Source: an uncultured Gemmatimonadales bacterium
GTDB taxonomy: Bacteria > Gemmatimonadota > Gemmatimonadetes > Gemmatimonadales > GWC2-71-9
DNA length: 64,000 bases
NCBI GenBank assembly: GCA_963730185.1
Contig: CAVSQW010000015.1
Coordinates: 128,001 to 192,000, forward strand
Direction: 5' to 3'
Below are positions 1 through 7,637 of this stretch, one piece after another (within the stretch, counting starts at the first letter, position 1; every line of letters starts with the position of its first letter). Position numbers and translations under genes: made by a program. Under the pieces are notes generated by a model. The model saw only the letters and a program-made list of their open reading frames with translations, ran no database searches and was not told the origin of the DNA.

Positions 1-955
1 AGACCGTGGAGAAGTCGGCGGACCACTCGGGGGCCCGCTCGGGGCTCACCCGCATCCCCGCCGGGAATCCGTCGATGTCCGCCGGGTCGATCACCGTCCG
101 GGCCGGGGCGGCGCTCCCGGCCGCCGTGAAGGCCACCACCGCGTAGGTGGTGTCGACCGAGCCGCTGTCGGCGTGGCCGCGGAGCACCGCCAGGGCGAGG
201 CCGCTGTCGGCCCAGGCCAGCTTCCGATAGATGGCCTCGGCGCCGTCCAGCGTGCGGACCTGATCGGTAGCCAGGTTCCGCACCTGCACGCCGTTGCCGA
301 CCAGGTCCTTCGCCGCCGTGGTCCAGGCCAGCTGGGTGCCGTCCTTGTCGATCGCCCACTCGCCGACCGAGCCGATGGTGGTGGTGACGCCGCTCCGGAG
401 ATCGGCCAAGAGCAGGTCCGACTCGCTTGCTCCCTGGGCGGGATATCGTTCCAGCACCAGCCAGGCCGGGTGGTCACCCGCGAACCGGAAGCCCCGGACC
501 TTCTCGAACTCCCGCTTGGTGCCGGTGGACAGGCTCAACAGGGTGACCGAGTTCTGGGCTGGCTTCTTCTCCTTTTCGAGCTTCTTGGCCGCCGCGGCCG
601 TCGGATAGACGGTGAACGCGAGCCAGTGGCCGTCGCCCGAGATCAACACCGAAGGGTCCCGTCGGGCGCCGAACCCGCCGCCGGACGGCGGCTCGCCGAT
701 CGGAAAACGTCGTTCGGTCGCCTCCGCCCCGGTCGACCGCACCACCAGCTCGGCATCGCCCTCGTTGGGTGCCAGGACGTAGGCGAACCAGGCTCCGTCG
801 GCGGAGAGCGCCGGATCGCGGATGCTCTTCCAGAAGTCGAGGTTCGCCGGGTCGAGCGGTCGCTGGCCGGTCGGCGCTTGCGCGGTGGCGACGTTCAGTC
901 CGGACAGGCCGATCAACAGGCCGGCCGCGACGAGCAGGGAGCGCGTCTTGGGCAT
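1..955 (-). CDS. Secreted S9-family (prolyl oligopeptidase-like) peptidase, N-terminal part; runs off the left edge
   Basis: Manual translation MPKTRSLLVAAGLLIGLSGLNVATAQ... has a signal peptide followed by beta-propeller-type repeats (PALSADGAWFAY, ISGDGHWLAF, FRFAGDHPAWLV). The catalytic domain is not in the window. Confidence 0.65.
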   Translation of the reverse strand, partial: MPKTRSLLVAAGLLIGLSGLNVATAQAPTGQRPLDPANLDFWKSIRDPALSADGAWFAYVLAPNEGDAELVVRSTGAEATERRFPIGEPPSGGGFGARRDPSVLISGDGHWLAFTVYPTAAAAKKLEKEKKPAQNSVTLLSLSTGTKREFEKVRGFRFAGDHPAWLVLERYPAQGASESDLLLADLRSGVTTTIGSVGEWAIDKDGTQLAWTTAAKDLVGNGVQVRNLATDQVRTLDGAEAIYRKLAWADSGLALAVLRGHADSGSVDTTYAVVAFTAAGSAAPARTVIDPADIDGFPAGMRVSPERAPEWSADFSTV

Positions 956-1151
956 GCAGGTACCGTCCTCAGGGGGTGGGCCGGCCGCCGTGAGACGGCC
1001 GAAGGGTCGGCGACGATCGCTCCAATGTGGCCCCGAACGGCGGCGAGGCCCAGCCCGCTGGGGTGGGCCGGACCTCAGGACGGGCGCGGTGCCGCCGCGC
1101 CCGCCGTCGAGGAGGGGTCGAGCCGATACCCCAATCTAGTGTTCTCTGGGC

Positions 1152-1517
1152 TCATCGGGACGAGAGCACGAACTGGTTGCCGTCGGGATCCTTGAAGATG
1201 GCGGCCGTGCCCCAGTCGGCTTCCTTCGGCTCCTGCACGAACTCGACCCCGCGCGCGGCGAGCTCTCGATGGGTCGCCCGCACGTCGTCCGCCAGAAACG
1301 AGATCCCGGTGAACATGCCGATCCGGGCCTCGTGCCCGGGCGGAGTGAAGAGGACGACGCCGGTCTGGGCCTTGGGAATGCCCAGCTCGATCCAGCGCAT
1401 CCGGTTGTCGAACGGCTGGTCGGTGACGACCTTGAAGCCCAACTTCCCGGTGTAGAACGCGAGGGCGCGATCTTGATCAGTGACGGGAATGCTGGCGAAC
1501 TTGAGGGCCTTGATCAT
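1152..1517 (-). CDS. VOC/glyoxalase family protein
   Basis: MIKALKFASIPVTDQDRALAFYTGKLGF...FKDPDGNQFVL is a typical VOC pattern. Confidence 0.9.
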   Translation of the reverse strand: MIKALKFASIPVTDQDRALAFYTGKLGFKVVTDQPFDNRMRWIELGIPKAQTGVVLFTPPGHEARIGMFTGISFLADDVRATHRELAARGVEFVQEPKEADWGTAAIFKDPDGNQFVLSSR

Positions 1518-1668
1518 GAGGACGGTTCCGGTTGTGGGTGGGACCTGGACCGCGAACGGCGCGGCGGTCCCCCAAGATTTGGCCGGCCGTCCCGCCGGAC
1601 AAGCCGGGCAGACGCTGCCATGGCAGCCACTACTATGGCATTCCCTGCCAATCAGAGGACGACCCGCC

Positions 1669-1980
1669 ATGAGCCTCTCCCTCGACGCCCACGTCGTCGA
1701 CGTCCTGATGCCGGATCTGGTCGGTCACGACCGTCACGCGTCGGCGTTCGTGACCTATCTGTTCCTCTGGCGACGTACCCATGGGGCGGACCGGGACGAC
1801 CTCAGGATCAGTCTCGCCGACATCGCCGAGGGGACCGGGCTCTCGAAGCGGGCGGTGCAGGAAGCGCTCAACCGCCTGGTGCGGCGGCAGCTCGCGTCGG
1901 TGAGTCGGGAGAGCATCACCGCGGTGCCGGTCTATCGGGTCCTCCGGCCCTGGCGGTCGTGGGACCCTAGCAGAGAATGA
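1669..1980 (+). CDS. Small winged helix-turn-helix protein
   Basis: ISLADIAEGTGLSKRAVQEALNRL HTH; AGAGGA RBS before the ATG at 1669. Confidence 0.8.
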   Translation: MSLSLDAHVVDVLMPDLVGHDRHASAFVTYLFLWRRTHGADRDDLRISLADIAEGTGLSKRAVQEALNRLVRRQLASVSRESITAVPVYRVLRPWRSWDPSRE

Positions 1981-2713
1981 TGCCGCCGTTGATGTCGATC
2001 GCCGCGCCGTTGATGTAGCCGGCCCGCTCCGACGCGATGAACGCCACCAGGTCCGCCACCTCGCCCGGCCGCCCGATCCGCCTCACCGGCACGACCGTGC
2101 GCTCGAGCTCGGCCAGCCGCTCGGGGCTCGCGGTCTCCCGGATCAAGCCGGTGTCGGTCAGGCCGGGGCAGACGCAGTTCACCGTGATCCCGAACGGTCC
2201 CAGCTCGCGCGCGGCGGCCCGGGTCAGCCCGAGCAGGCCATGCTTGGACGCGGTGTAGTGCGCGCCGCCCAGGGTGCTCACCGTCTTGCTGGCGGTCGAG
2301 CCGATGTTCACGATCCGCCCGTAGCCGGCGTCGCGCATGGCCGGGAGTGCCACCCGGAGCAGGAGAAAGGGCGCGGTGAGATTCACGTCGACCGCCCGCC
2401 GCCACTCGTCGATCCCGAGCTCGGGGAGCCGAGTCGGGCTCGCGAAGGCTGCGTTGTTGACCAGAATGTCGAGGCGGCCGTGGGCCTCGAGCACCGTCTC
2501 CACGACGTCGGCGGCCTCGTCCGGCCGGCTCACGTCGCCGGGGGCGGCCATAGCCCCGGCGCCGAGCTCGCCCGCGAGGGCCACGGCCCGCTCCCGCTCC
2601 CGGACGTTCACCGCCACCCGCGCCCCGCGCTCGAGCAGCACCTCGGCGATAGCCCGGCCGATTCCCCGGCGGGCCCCGGTCACCAGCGCCACTCGCCCGT
2701 CGAAGTCGGCCAT
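1967..2713 (-). CDS. SDR family oxidoreductase (FabG-like)
   Basis: TGARRGIG, NNAA and YTASK motifs. Confidence 0.9.
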   Translation of the reverse strand: MADFDGRVALVTGARRGIGRAIAEVLLERGARVAVNVRERERAVALAGELGAGAMAAPGDVSRPDEAADVVETVLEAHGRLDILVNNAAFASPTRLPELGIDEWRRAVDVNLTAPFLLLRVALPAMRDAGYGRIVNIGSTASKTVSTLGGAHYTASKHGLLGLTRAAARELGPFGITVNCVCPGLTDTGLIRETASPERLAELERTVVPVRRIGRPGEVADLVAFIASERAGYINGAAIDINGGIILC

Positions 2714-2891
2714 GAGGGGCTCCACGTTTGGGGGTAGCTGGAATGTAGAGGGCCAGGCCACCGCCCGGAGGAGCCTGGCGGAGCTGAAGGAAGACGGGAG
2801 ACGGCTCGCCCGCCCGCCCGCCAATCGCCTCCCCGTGCCTGTCCGTCGGAGGCGCCGATCCCTAGATTTGTCTTCAGCCTGGAGGCTCCCC

Positions 2892-3107
2892 ATGGAATAC
2901 GAGTCGATCGTCGAGGTTCTGGGATATGCCACCGGTCACGAGCGGCAGGTTCGGATCACCACCACCGATGCCCGCGAGGTGGTCGGTGTGCCGACCAGCC
3001 TCGACCCCGACATCGGCGCCCTCGAGGTGTACCTTCACCCGGTCGGGGCGGACGATGTCGAGATCGCGATCTCTCTCGCCCAGATCGCCCGAGTGGACAT
3101 GGCGTAA
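2892..3107 (+). CDS. Small hypothetical beta-rich protein (71 aa)
   Basis: GGAGG RBS at 2881; MEYESIVEVLGYATGHERQVRITTTDAREVVG...; genome-typical codons. Confidence 0.7.
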   Translation: MEYESIVEVLGYATGHERQVRITTTDAREVVGVPTSLDPDIGALEVYLHPVGADDVEIAISLAQIARVDMA

Positions 3108-3117
3108 GGACGAGCGC

Positions 3118-3144
3118 TGAAACATTTTGGAACGTTTGAACGTA
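3118..3144 (+). promoter_or_regulatory. ECF sigma-type promoter (TGAAAC-N17-CGTA) upstream of the psp-like operon
   Basis: TGAAAC at 3118-3123 followed by a T-tract, CGTA at 3141-3144; resembles the Bacillus sigmaW consensus. Confidence 0.55.
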
Positions 3145-3234
3145 CACCCCTTCGAGTCGACGAGCCGGAGACCAGATCTCGGCATCGATCGACCAACCTC
3201 AATGATGGCAAATACTTGAGGCATTCCCGGGCAG

Positions 3235-3516
3235 ATGTTTAGTGACGTGATCGTTTCGATTGCCGGCATGCTTTCGGGCATCGTCGTTGTCGGCTTTCTG
3301 GCCGTCGCGGTCGTGAAGATCTTCCGCGGGCCGGTTGGTCAGGCACTCGCCCGACGGCTCTCGGGCGGTGCGGGCGCTGGCCCCGAGGTGCTGGGCGAGG
3401 TCGAGGATCTCCGGCAGCAGCTCGAGCACGTCCAGCAGCGGCTGCTGGATGCGGAAGAGCGGCTCGACTTCAGCGAGCGACTACTGGCGCAGCGTTCGGA
3501 GGCGGAACGCGGATGA
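3235..3516 (+). CDS. Small TM + coiled-coil protein, paralog 1 (PspB-like architecture)
   Basis: N-terminal TM, IFRGPVGQALARRL, C-terminal AEERLDFSERLL. Confidence 0.85.
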   Translation: MFSDVIVSIAGMLSGIVVVGFLAVAVVKIFRGPVGQALARRLSGGAGAGPEVLGEVEDLRQQLEHVQQRLLDAEERLDFSERLLAQRSEAERG

Positions 3517-3812
3517 ACCGTGATGCCGTGACCTTTCTGGGCGTGATGATGGGACTCGCGCTGACCGGGGCGTTCAGCTACGCCGCGTTCACCGTGATCA
3601 ACGGGATGGCTCGGCGGATCAACTCCCGGTCGGCGCCGCCGGGGCTCGAGCCCGACGAGGTCGAGGCGCTTCGGGGCCAGGCCATGGAGATCGACGACCT
3701 CCGGACCCGGCTCCTCGAGGTGGAGGAGCGGCTCGACTTCACGGAACGATTGCTCACCGATGCCCGGGACGGCGGTCGGCTTCCCGGCGTCGGGCATGAG
3801 ACGCCGGTATGA
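3513..3812 (+). CDS. Small TM + coiled-coil protein, paralog 2
   Basis: ATGA overlap; TM; VEERLDFTERLL; ends ETPV. Confidence 0.85.
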   Translation: MNRDAVTFLGVMMGLALTGAFSYAAFTVINGMARRINSRSAPPGLEPDEVEALRGQAMEIDDLRTRLLEVEERLDFTERLLTDARDGGRLPGVGHETPV

Positions 3813-4180
3813 TCGGGCTCGGGCTTCGATCCCTGGTCCAGCAGGCGCCGCTGCCGCCGCTGCCGCCGCTGCCCCCGGACATGCCCCAGGTGTTCGTCGG
3901 GAGCGGCCCCCCGGTCGAGGCGATCATCTCGGTGGTGGTGGTAATCGTCGGAGCGTTCCTGCTGTGGCCTCTGGTTCGGGCCTGGGCTCGCCGGCTCGAG
4001 CGGGGCGGCGGCGGGGCCGACCAGGAGGCCCGGGGTGAGATCGAGGCGCTCCGGGCCCGTGTGGCGGAGCTCGAGGTGGTGGAGCAGCGGGTGCTGGAGC
4101 TCGAGGAACGAATGGACTTTTCGGAGCGGCTCTTGACTCAGCGAACCGGTGAGCCGCTTCGGAGGGGGGAGGACGCGTGA
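3809..4180 (+). CDS. Small TM + coiled-coil protein, paralog 3 (Pro-rich N-terminus)
   Basis: ATGA overlap; PLPPLPPLPP; TM; LEERMDFSERLL. Confidence 0.85.
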   Translation: MIGLGLRSLVQQAPLPPLPPLPPDMPQVFVGSGPPVEAIISVVVVIVGAFLLWPLVRAWARRLERGGGGADQEARGEIEALRARVAELEVVEQRVLELEERMDFSERLLTQRTGEPLRRGEDA

Positions 4181-4449
4181 ATCCGAACGATGTCGCGCCG
4201 ATGGTCATGGGGCTGGTCTTCTTCGTCGTGGCGGGAGCGGTTCTCATCTTTCGGGGGCCGATCGGCAAAGCCATCGCCCGCCGACTCGATGGGGGACAGG
4301 TGGCGCCGGAGGGACTGGAGGGCCGGGTTACCGAGCTCGAAGTGCGCTTGGCCGAAGCGGAGGTGGAGCGGCACGAGCTGGCGGAGCGGGTCGACTTCGC
4401 GGAGCGCCTCCTGGCGCAGGTCCGCGAGCGCAAGGAGCTGCCCCGGTGA
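4177..4449 (+). CDS. Small TM + coiled-coil protein, paralog 4
   Basis: GTGA overlap; IFRGPIGKAIARRL; LAERVDFAERLL. Confidence 0.85.
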   Translation: MNPNDVAPMVMGLVFFVVAGAVLIFRGPIGKAIARRLDGGQVAPEGLEGRVTELEVRLAEAEVERHELAERVDFAERLLAQVRERKELPR

Positions 4450-4826
4450 CCTCGTTCCGCCGGGCCGTCGGCGTCGACTTCGTGGACGTCGTGATCCAGG
4501 CCGGCGTGACGCTGGCGCTGGTCGGCTCCGTGGCTGCCGGGGACGGACCGATCGAGGCGGTCGGGCTGATCATCGCGACCTCATTCGTGATCCTGGGCCT
4601 CCGACGCCACTTGGCGCTCAAGCGGGGCGGCGAGCCGGCCGGGCTTTCCACCGGCCAGATGGCGGCCGAGCGGGTGGCCGATCTGGAAGCGCGGCTGGAG
4701 GAGCTCGAAGCCGTGCACGCCCGGATGGTGGAGCTGGAGGAACGGGTCGACTTCACGGAGCGGCTGCTGGCCCGAGGCGCCCAGGTCGAGCTGCCGGCCG
4801 AACCCCGCGCACCGACCCCGGTCTGA
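4446..4826 (+). CDS. Small 2-TM + coiled-coil protein, paralog 5
   Basis: GTGA overlap (3' part of ORF 4149..4826); LEERVDFTERLL; ends PTPV. Confidence 0.8.
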   Translation: MTSFRRAVGVDFVDVVIQAGVTLALVGSVAAGDGPIEAVGLIIATSFVILGLRRHLALKRGGEPAGLSTGQMAAERVADLEARLEELEAVHARMVELEERVDFTERLLARGAQVELPAEPRAPTPV

Positions 4827-4860
4827 GGAGGCCCGATGATCGCGAAAGAGAGGGGAGCCG

Positions 4861-5193
4861 ATGGGGCGTGATCGGTCGCTGCTGGCCATGGCCATCGTGG
4901 GCGTCGCGCTGCTCACCGCCCACGTCGTCCTCGGCGTCGCCATTGGTGACGACTACGCCATCCCGGTGACCGTCATCGGTGCCATCGCCGCGACGATCGT
5001 GCTGCGGGGACCGCTGGGGCAGGCCCTGGCCCGGCGAATCCAGGGAGAGACCGTGTCCGGCGAGCTCCCGCCGGAGACGGTGCTGAACGAGCTCGACGAT
5101 CTGCGCTCCCGGGTGTTGGAGCTCGAGGAACGGGTGGATTTCTCGGAGCGATTGCTGGCGCAGGCGCGAGAAAGCGAGCGGGCGGGTAGCTGA
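4861..5193 (+). CDS. Small 2-TM + coiled-coil protein, paralog 6
   Basis: VLRGPLGQALARRI; LEERVDFSERLL. Confidence 0.85.
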   Translation: MGRDRSLLAMAIVGVALLTAHVVLGVAIGDDYAIPVTVIGAIAATIVLRGPLGQALARRIQGETVSGELPPETVLNELDDLRSRVLELEERVDFSERLLAQARESERAGS

Positions 5194-5228
5194 ACCCCCC
5201 GTTATCTTCCGTCTCGGAGGAACGCCGA

Positions 5229-5624
5229 ATGATTACGAAGGATGATCTGCAGTCGTTCATCGATCGGCTGGAGGGTGGATCGGCCGACGCGAAGGAAATC
5301 GAGCCCGGTATCTGGGTGGTGCGAACCCCCCAAGGGGCCGAGGTGGTCGTGAGCTATTCGCCGCCGGTGGTGATCCTCCGGGTTCGGGTCATGGAGCCCC
5401 CGGGAGACGCCGGCAGGCGAGGCGGACTGTTCCGCCAGCTCCTCGAGCTCAATGCCCGCGACCTGGTACATGGGTCGTACGGCCTCGAAGGCGAGCACGT
5501 GGTGCTCACCGACACGCTCGAGCTCGAAAACCTCGACTACTCCGAGTTCGAGGCGAGCTTCGACTCGCTCACCCTCGCGCTCGCCTCGCACCTGGGCGCC
5601 CTCGCCCCGTACCGGGAAAGGTAA
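5229..5624 (+). CDS. CesT/YbjN-like (type III chaperone fold) protein
   Basis: Acidic 131 aa protein; LFRQLLELNARDLVHGSYGLEGEHVVL matches the LL-x-LN...G...L chaperone pattern. Confidence 0.7.
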   Translation: MITKDDLQSFIDRLEGGSADAKEIEPGIWVVRTPQGAEVVVSYSPPVVILRVRVMEPPGDAGRRGGLFRQLLELNARDLVHGSYGLEGEHVVLTDTLELENLDYSEFEASFDSLTLALASHLGALAPYRER

Positions 5625-5631
5625 CGATCCG

Positions 5632-6393
5632 ATGGGGATCTTCGAACGCTTCTCGACGATGCTCAAGTCGAACATCAACGACTTGATCTCCCGGGCCGAG
5701 AACCCGGAGAAGATGTTGAACCAGCTAATTCTCGACATGAAGTCGAACCTGGCCAAAGCCAAGCAGGAAGCGGCCGGGGCGATTGCCGACGAGAAGAAGC
5801 TCCAGGCTGACGCCGAAGGCCTCCGCAAGCAGGCCGAGGACTGGGAGCGCCGGGCCATGCTCGCGGTGCAGGAGGGACGCGACGACCTCGCCAAGCAGGC
5901 CCTCCTCCGCTACAACGAGGCGCTCCAGGGCGCGCAGAGCCTCCACGAGACCTGGCTCAAGCACAAGGCCGACACGGAGACGCTGAAGCTCCAACTTCGC
6001 CAGCTCAACGACAAGATCGAAGAGGCCAAGCGGAAGAAGAACATCCTGGTGGCCCGGGCCAAGCGGGCGGAGGCCCAGCAGCGGATCCAGGAAACCATGG
6101 CCGGGATGTCGGACAAGAGCGCCTTCGAGTCGTTCGATCGGGTGGCCGAAAAGATCGAGGCAATCGAACGGAAGGCGCTGGCCGCGGCGGAGCTCCAGCA
6201 GGAGTTCCAGACCGACGACCTGACCGCCCAGTTCAAGCAGCTGGAGTACAAGGGCTCGGCCGACCAGCAGCTCATCGACCTCAAGAGCAAGATGGGGCTC
6301 CTGGGCAAGGGTGAAGCTGCCAAGCAGATCGGGAAGGGTGCCGACCAGGTCGACGACGCCGAGGTCGTCGAGGACGAAACCGACGCTCACTGA
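5632..6393 (+). CDS. pspA: PspA/IM30 (Vipp1, bacterial ESCRT-III) family protein
   Basis: MGIFERFSTMLKSNINDLISRAENPEKMLNQLILDM...WERRAMLAVQEGRDDLAKQAL. Confidence 0.95.
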   Translation: MGIFERFSTMLKSNINDLISRAENPEKMLNQLILDMKSNLAKAKQEAAGAIADEKKLQADAEGLRKQAEDWERRAMLAVQEGRDDLAKQALLRYNEALQGAQSLHETWLKHKADTETLKLQLRQLNDKIEEAKRKKNILVARAKRAEAQQRIQETMAGMSDKSAFESFDRVAEKIEAIERKALAAAELQQEFQTDDLTAQFKQLEYKGSADQQLIDLKSKMGLLGKGEAAKQIGKGADQVDDAEVVEDETDAH

Positions 6394-6446
6394 CCCCGGC
6401 CGAGCCGGGGGCCTCGAGCGGGCGGGGGGGAATCCCCGCCCGCTCG
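6394..6446 (+). terminator. Double hairpin after pspA (putative terminator or 3' stabiliser)
   Basis: CCCCGGC/GCCGGGG (6394-6410) and a 13-bp stem CGAGCGGGCGGGG/CCCCGCCCGCTCG (6415-6446); weak U-tail. Confidence 0.6.
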
Positions 6447-6464
6447 GCGTTACAGCTTGGTCGC

Positions 6465-6492
6465 TTGACCCGGGCCGGGTTTAGCATACAAT
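6465..6492 (+). promoter_or_regulatory. Sigma70-like promoter
   Basis: TTGACC-N16-TACAAT upstream of the DUF1611 gene. Confidence 0.55.
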
Positions 6493-6547
6493 TCTGTATA
6501 CGAAGCCCGGGCTGGCCCCGGCATCCGCATCCCGAGAACGACGACCC

Positions 6548-7630
6548 ATGCCCGAGCCTCGCTACCTCATCATCGCCGACGGCAACTTCCACCCGTTGGA
6601 GTCGAAGACGGCCAACTCGGTGATCCGATATCATCCCCAGCGGGTGGTCGGGGTTGTGGACCGGCAAACCGCCGGCAAGACCGTCCAGGACATTCTGGGC
6701 TTCGGCGGCCCCACCCCGATCGTCGGCTCGATCGAGGCCGGGCTGGCCCTCAAGCCCAACGCGGTGATGATCGGCATCGCCCCGGCCGGCGGGCGGCTGC
6801 CCGACGAGTGGCGGGGGTGGCTGGTCAAGTCGTTGGAGGCGGGGTGTGACCTGATCAGCGGACTCCACACCTTCCTCGGCGACGATCCCGTGCTGGCCGC
6901 CGCGGCGGCCAAACACGGCCGGACGATCACCGACGCCCGGAAGGCGCCTGCCAACCTGCTGATTGCGGCCGGGCAGGCCCGCCTGGTCGAGCCGTTCGTG
7001 ATCCTGACCGTCGGCACGGACTGCAACGTCGGCAAGATGACCGCGCAGCTTCAGCTGACCCAAGCTCTCAAGGCCCGGAAGGTCAGGACCAACTTCGTTG
7101 CGACCGGCCAGACCGGCATCTTCATCGAGGGGTGGGGCACCGCCGTGGATGCGGTGGTGGCGGACTTCATCGGTGGCGCCGCCGAGGAGTTGGTGCTTCG
7201 GGGCGCCAAGGATGCCGACATCGTGATGGTCGAAGGGCAGGGGAGCATCAACCATCCGGGCTACTCCGGGGTGACGCTCGGGTTGCTCCACGGCTCCTGC
7301 CCCGATGCGATGATCCTTTGCCATCAAGCCAGCCGGGACCACATCGGGGAGTACCGGACCACACCCTGGCTCCGGATTCCGCCCCTGTCCAAGTACGTGG
7401 AGATGTACGAGCTGATCGGCTCGGCCGTCCACCCCACTCGGGTCATCGGGATCTCGCTCAACACCTACGACCTGTCTCCCGAGGCCGCCCAGGCCGCGTG
7501 TCGGGCGGCGTCGGAGGAGACCGGGCTCCCGTGCACCGACCCGGTCCGCTTCGACTCCGCGCCCTTGGTCAACGCGATCCTCCGGGAGCGCGAGGCCTAC
7601 CTGGAGCGGCGGGCCCTCTTCCGAGACTGA
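6548..7630 (+). CDS. DUF1611 family P-loop protein (DgcN-like)
   Basis: VGTDCNVGKMT, ATGQTG, VEGQGS, LLHGS motifs. Confidence 0.85.
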   Translation: MPEPRYLIIADGNFHPLESKTANSVIRYHPQRVVGVVDRQTAGKTVQDILGFGGPTPIVGSIEAGLALKPNAVMIGIAPAGGRLPDEWRGWLVKSLEAGCDLISGLHTFLGDDPVLAAAAAKHGRTITDARKAPANLLIAAGQARLVEPFVILTVGTDCNVGKMTAQLQLTQALKARKVRTNFVATGQTGIFIEGWGTAVDAVVADFIGGAAEELVLRGAKDADIVMVEGQGSINHPGYSGVTLGLLHGSCPDAMILCHQASRDHIGEYRTTPWLRIPPLSKYVEMYELIGSAVHPTRVIGISLNTYDLSPEAAQAACRAASEETGLPCTDPVRFDSAPLVNAILREREAYLERRALFRD

Positions 7631-7637
7631 CCCACCC

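Noticed and set aside
3206..3219. Sigma54-like TGGCAAATACTTGA before the psp-like operon
   Set aside because: The -12 is GA rather than GC, it would leave almost no leader, and no enhancer-binding protein is nearby; the ECF-type site fits better.
3450..5160. Recurrent ~30-nt GAGCGG.TCGACTTC..CGAGCG repeats as a CRISPR-like array
   Set aside because: They are the coding motif of six paralogs, vary at third positions and are about 300 nt apart.
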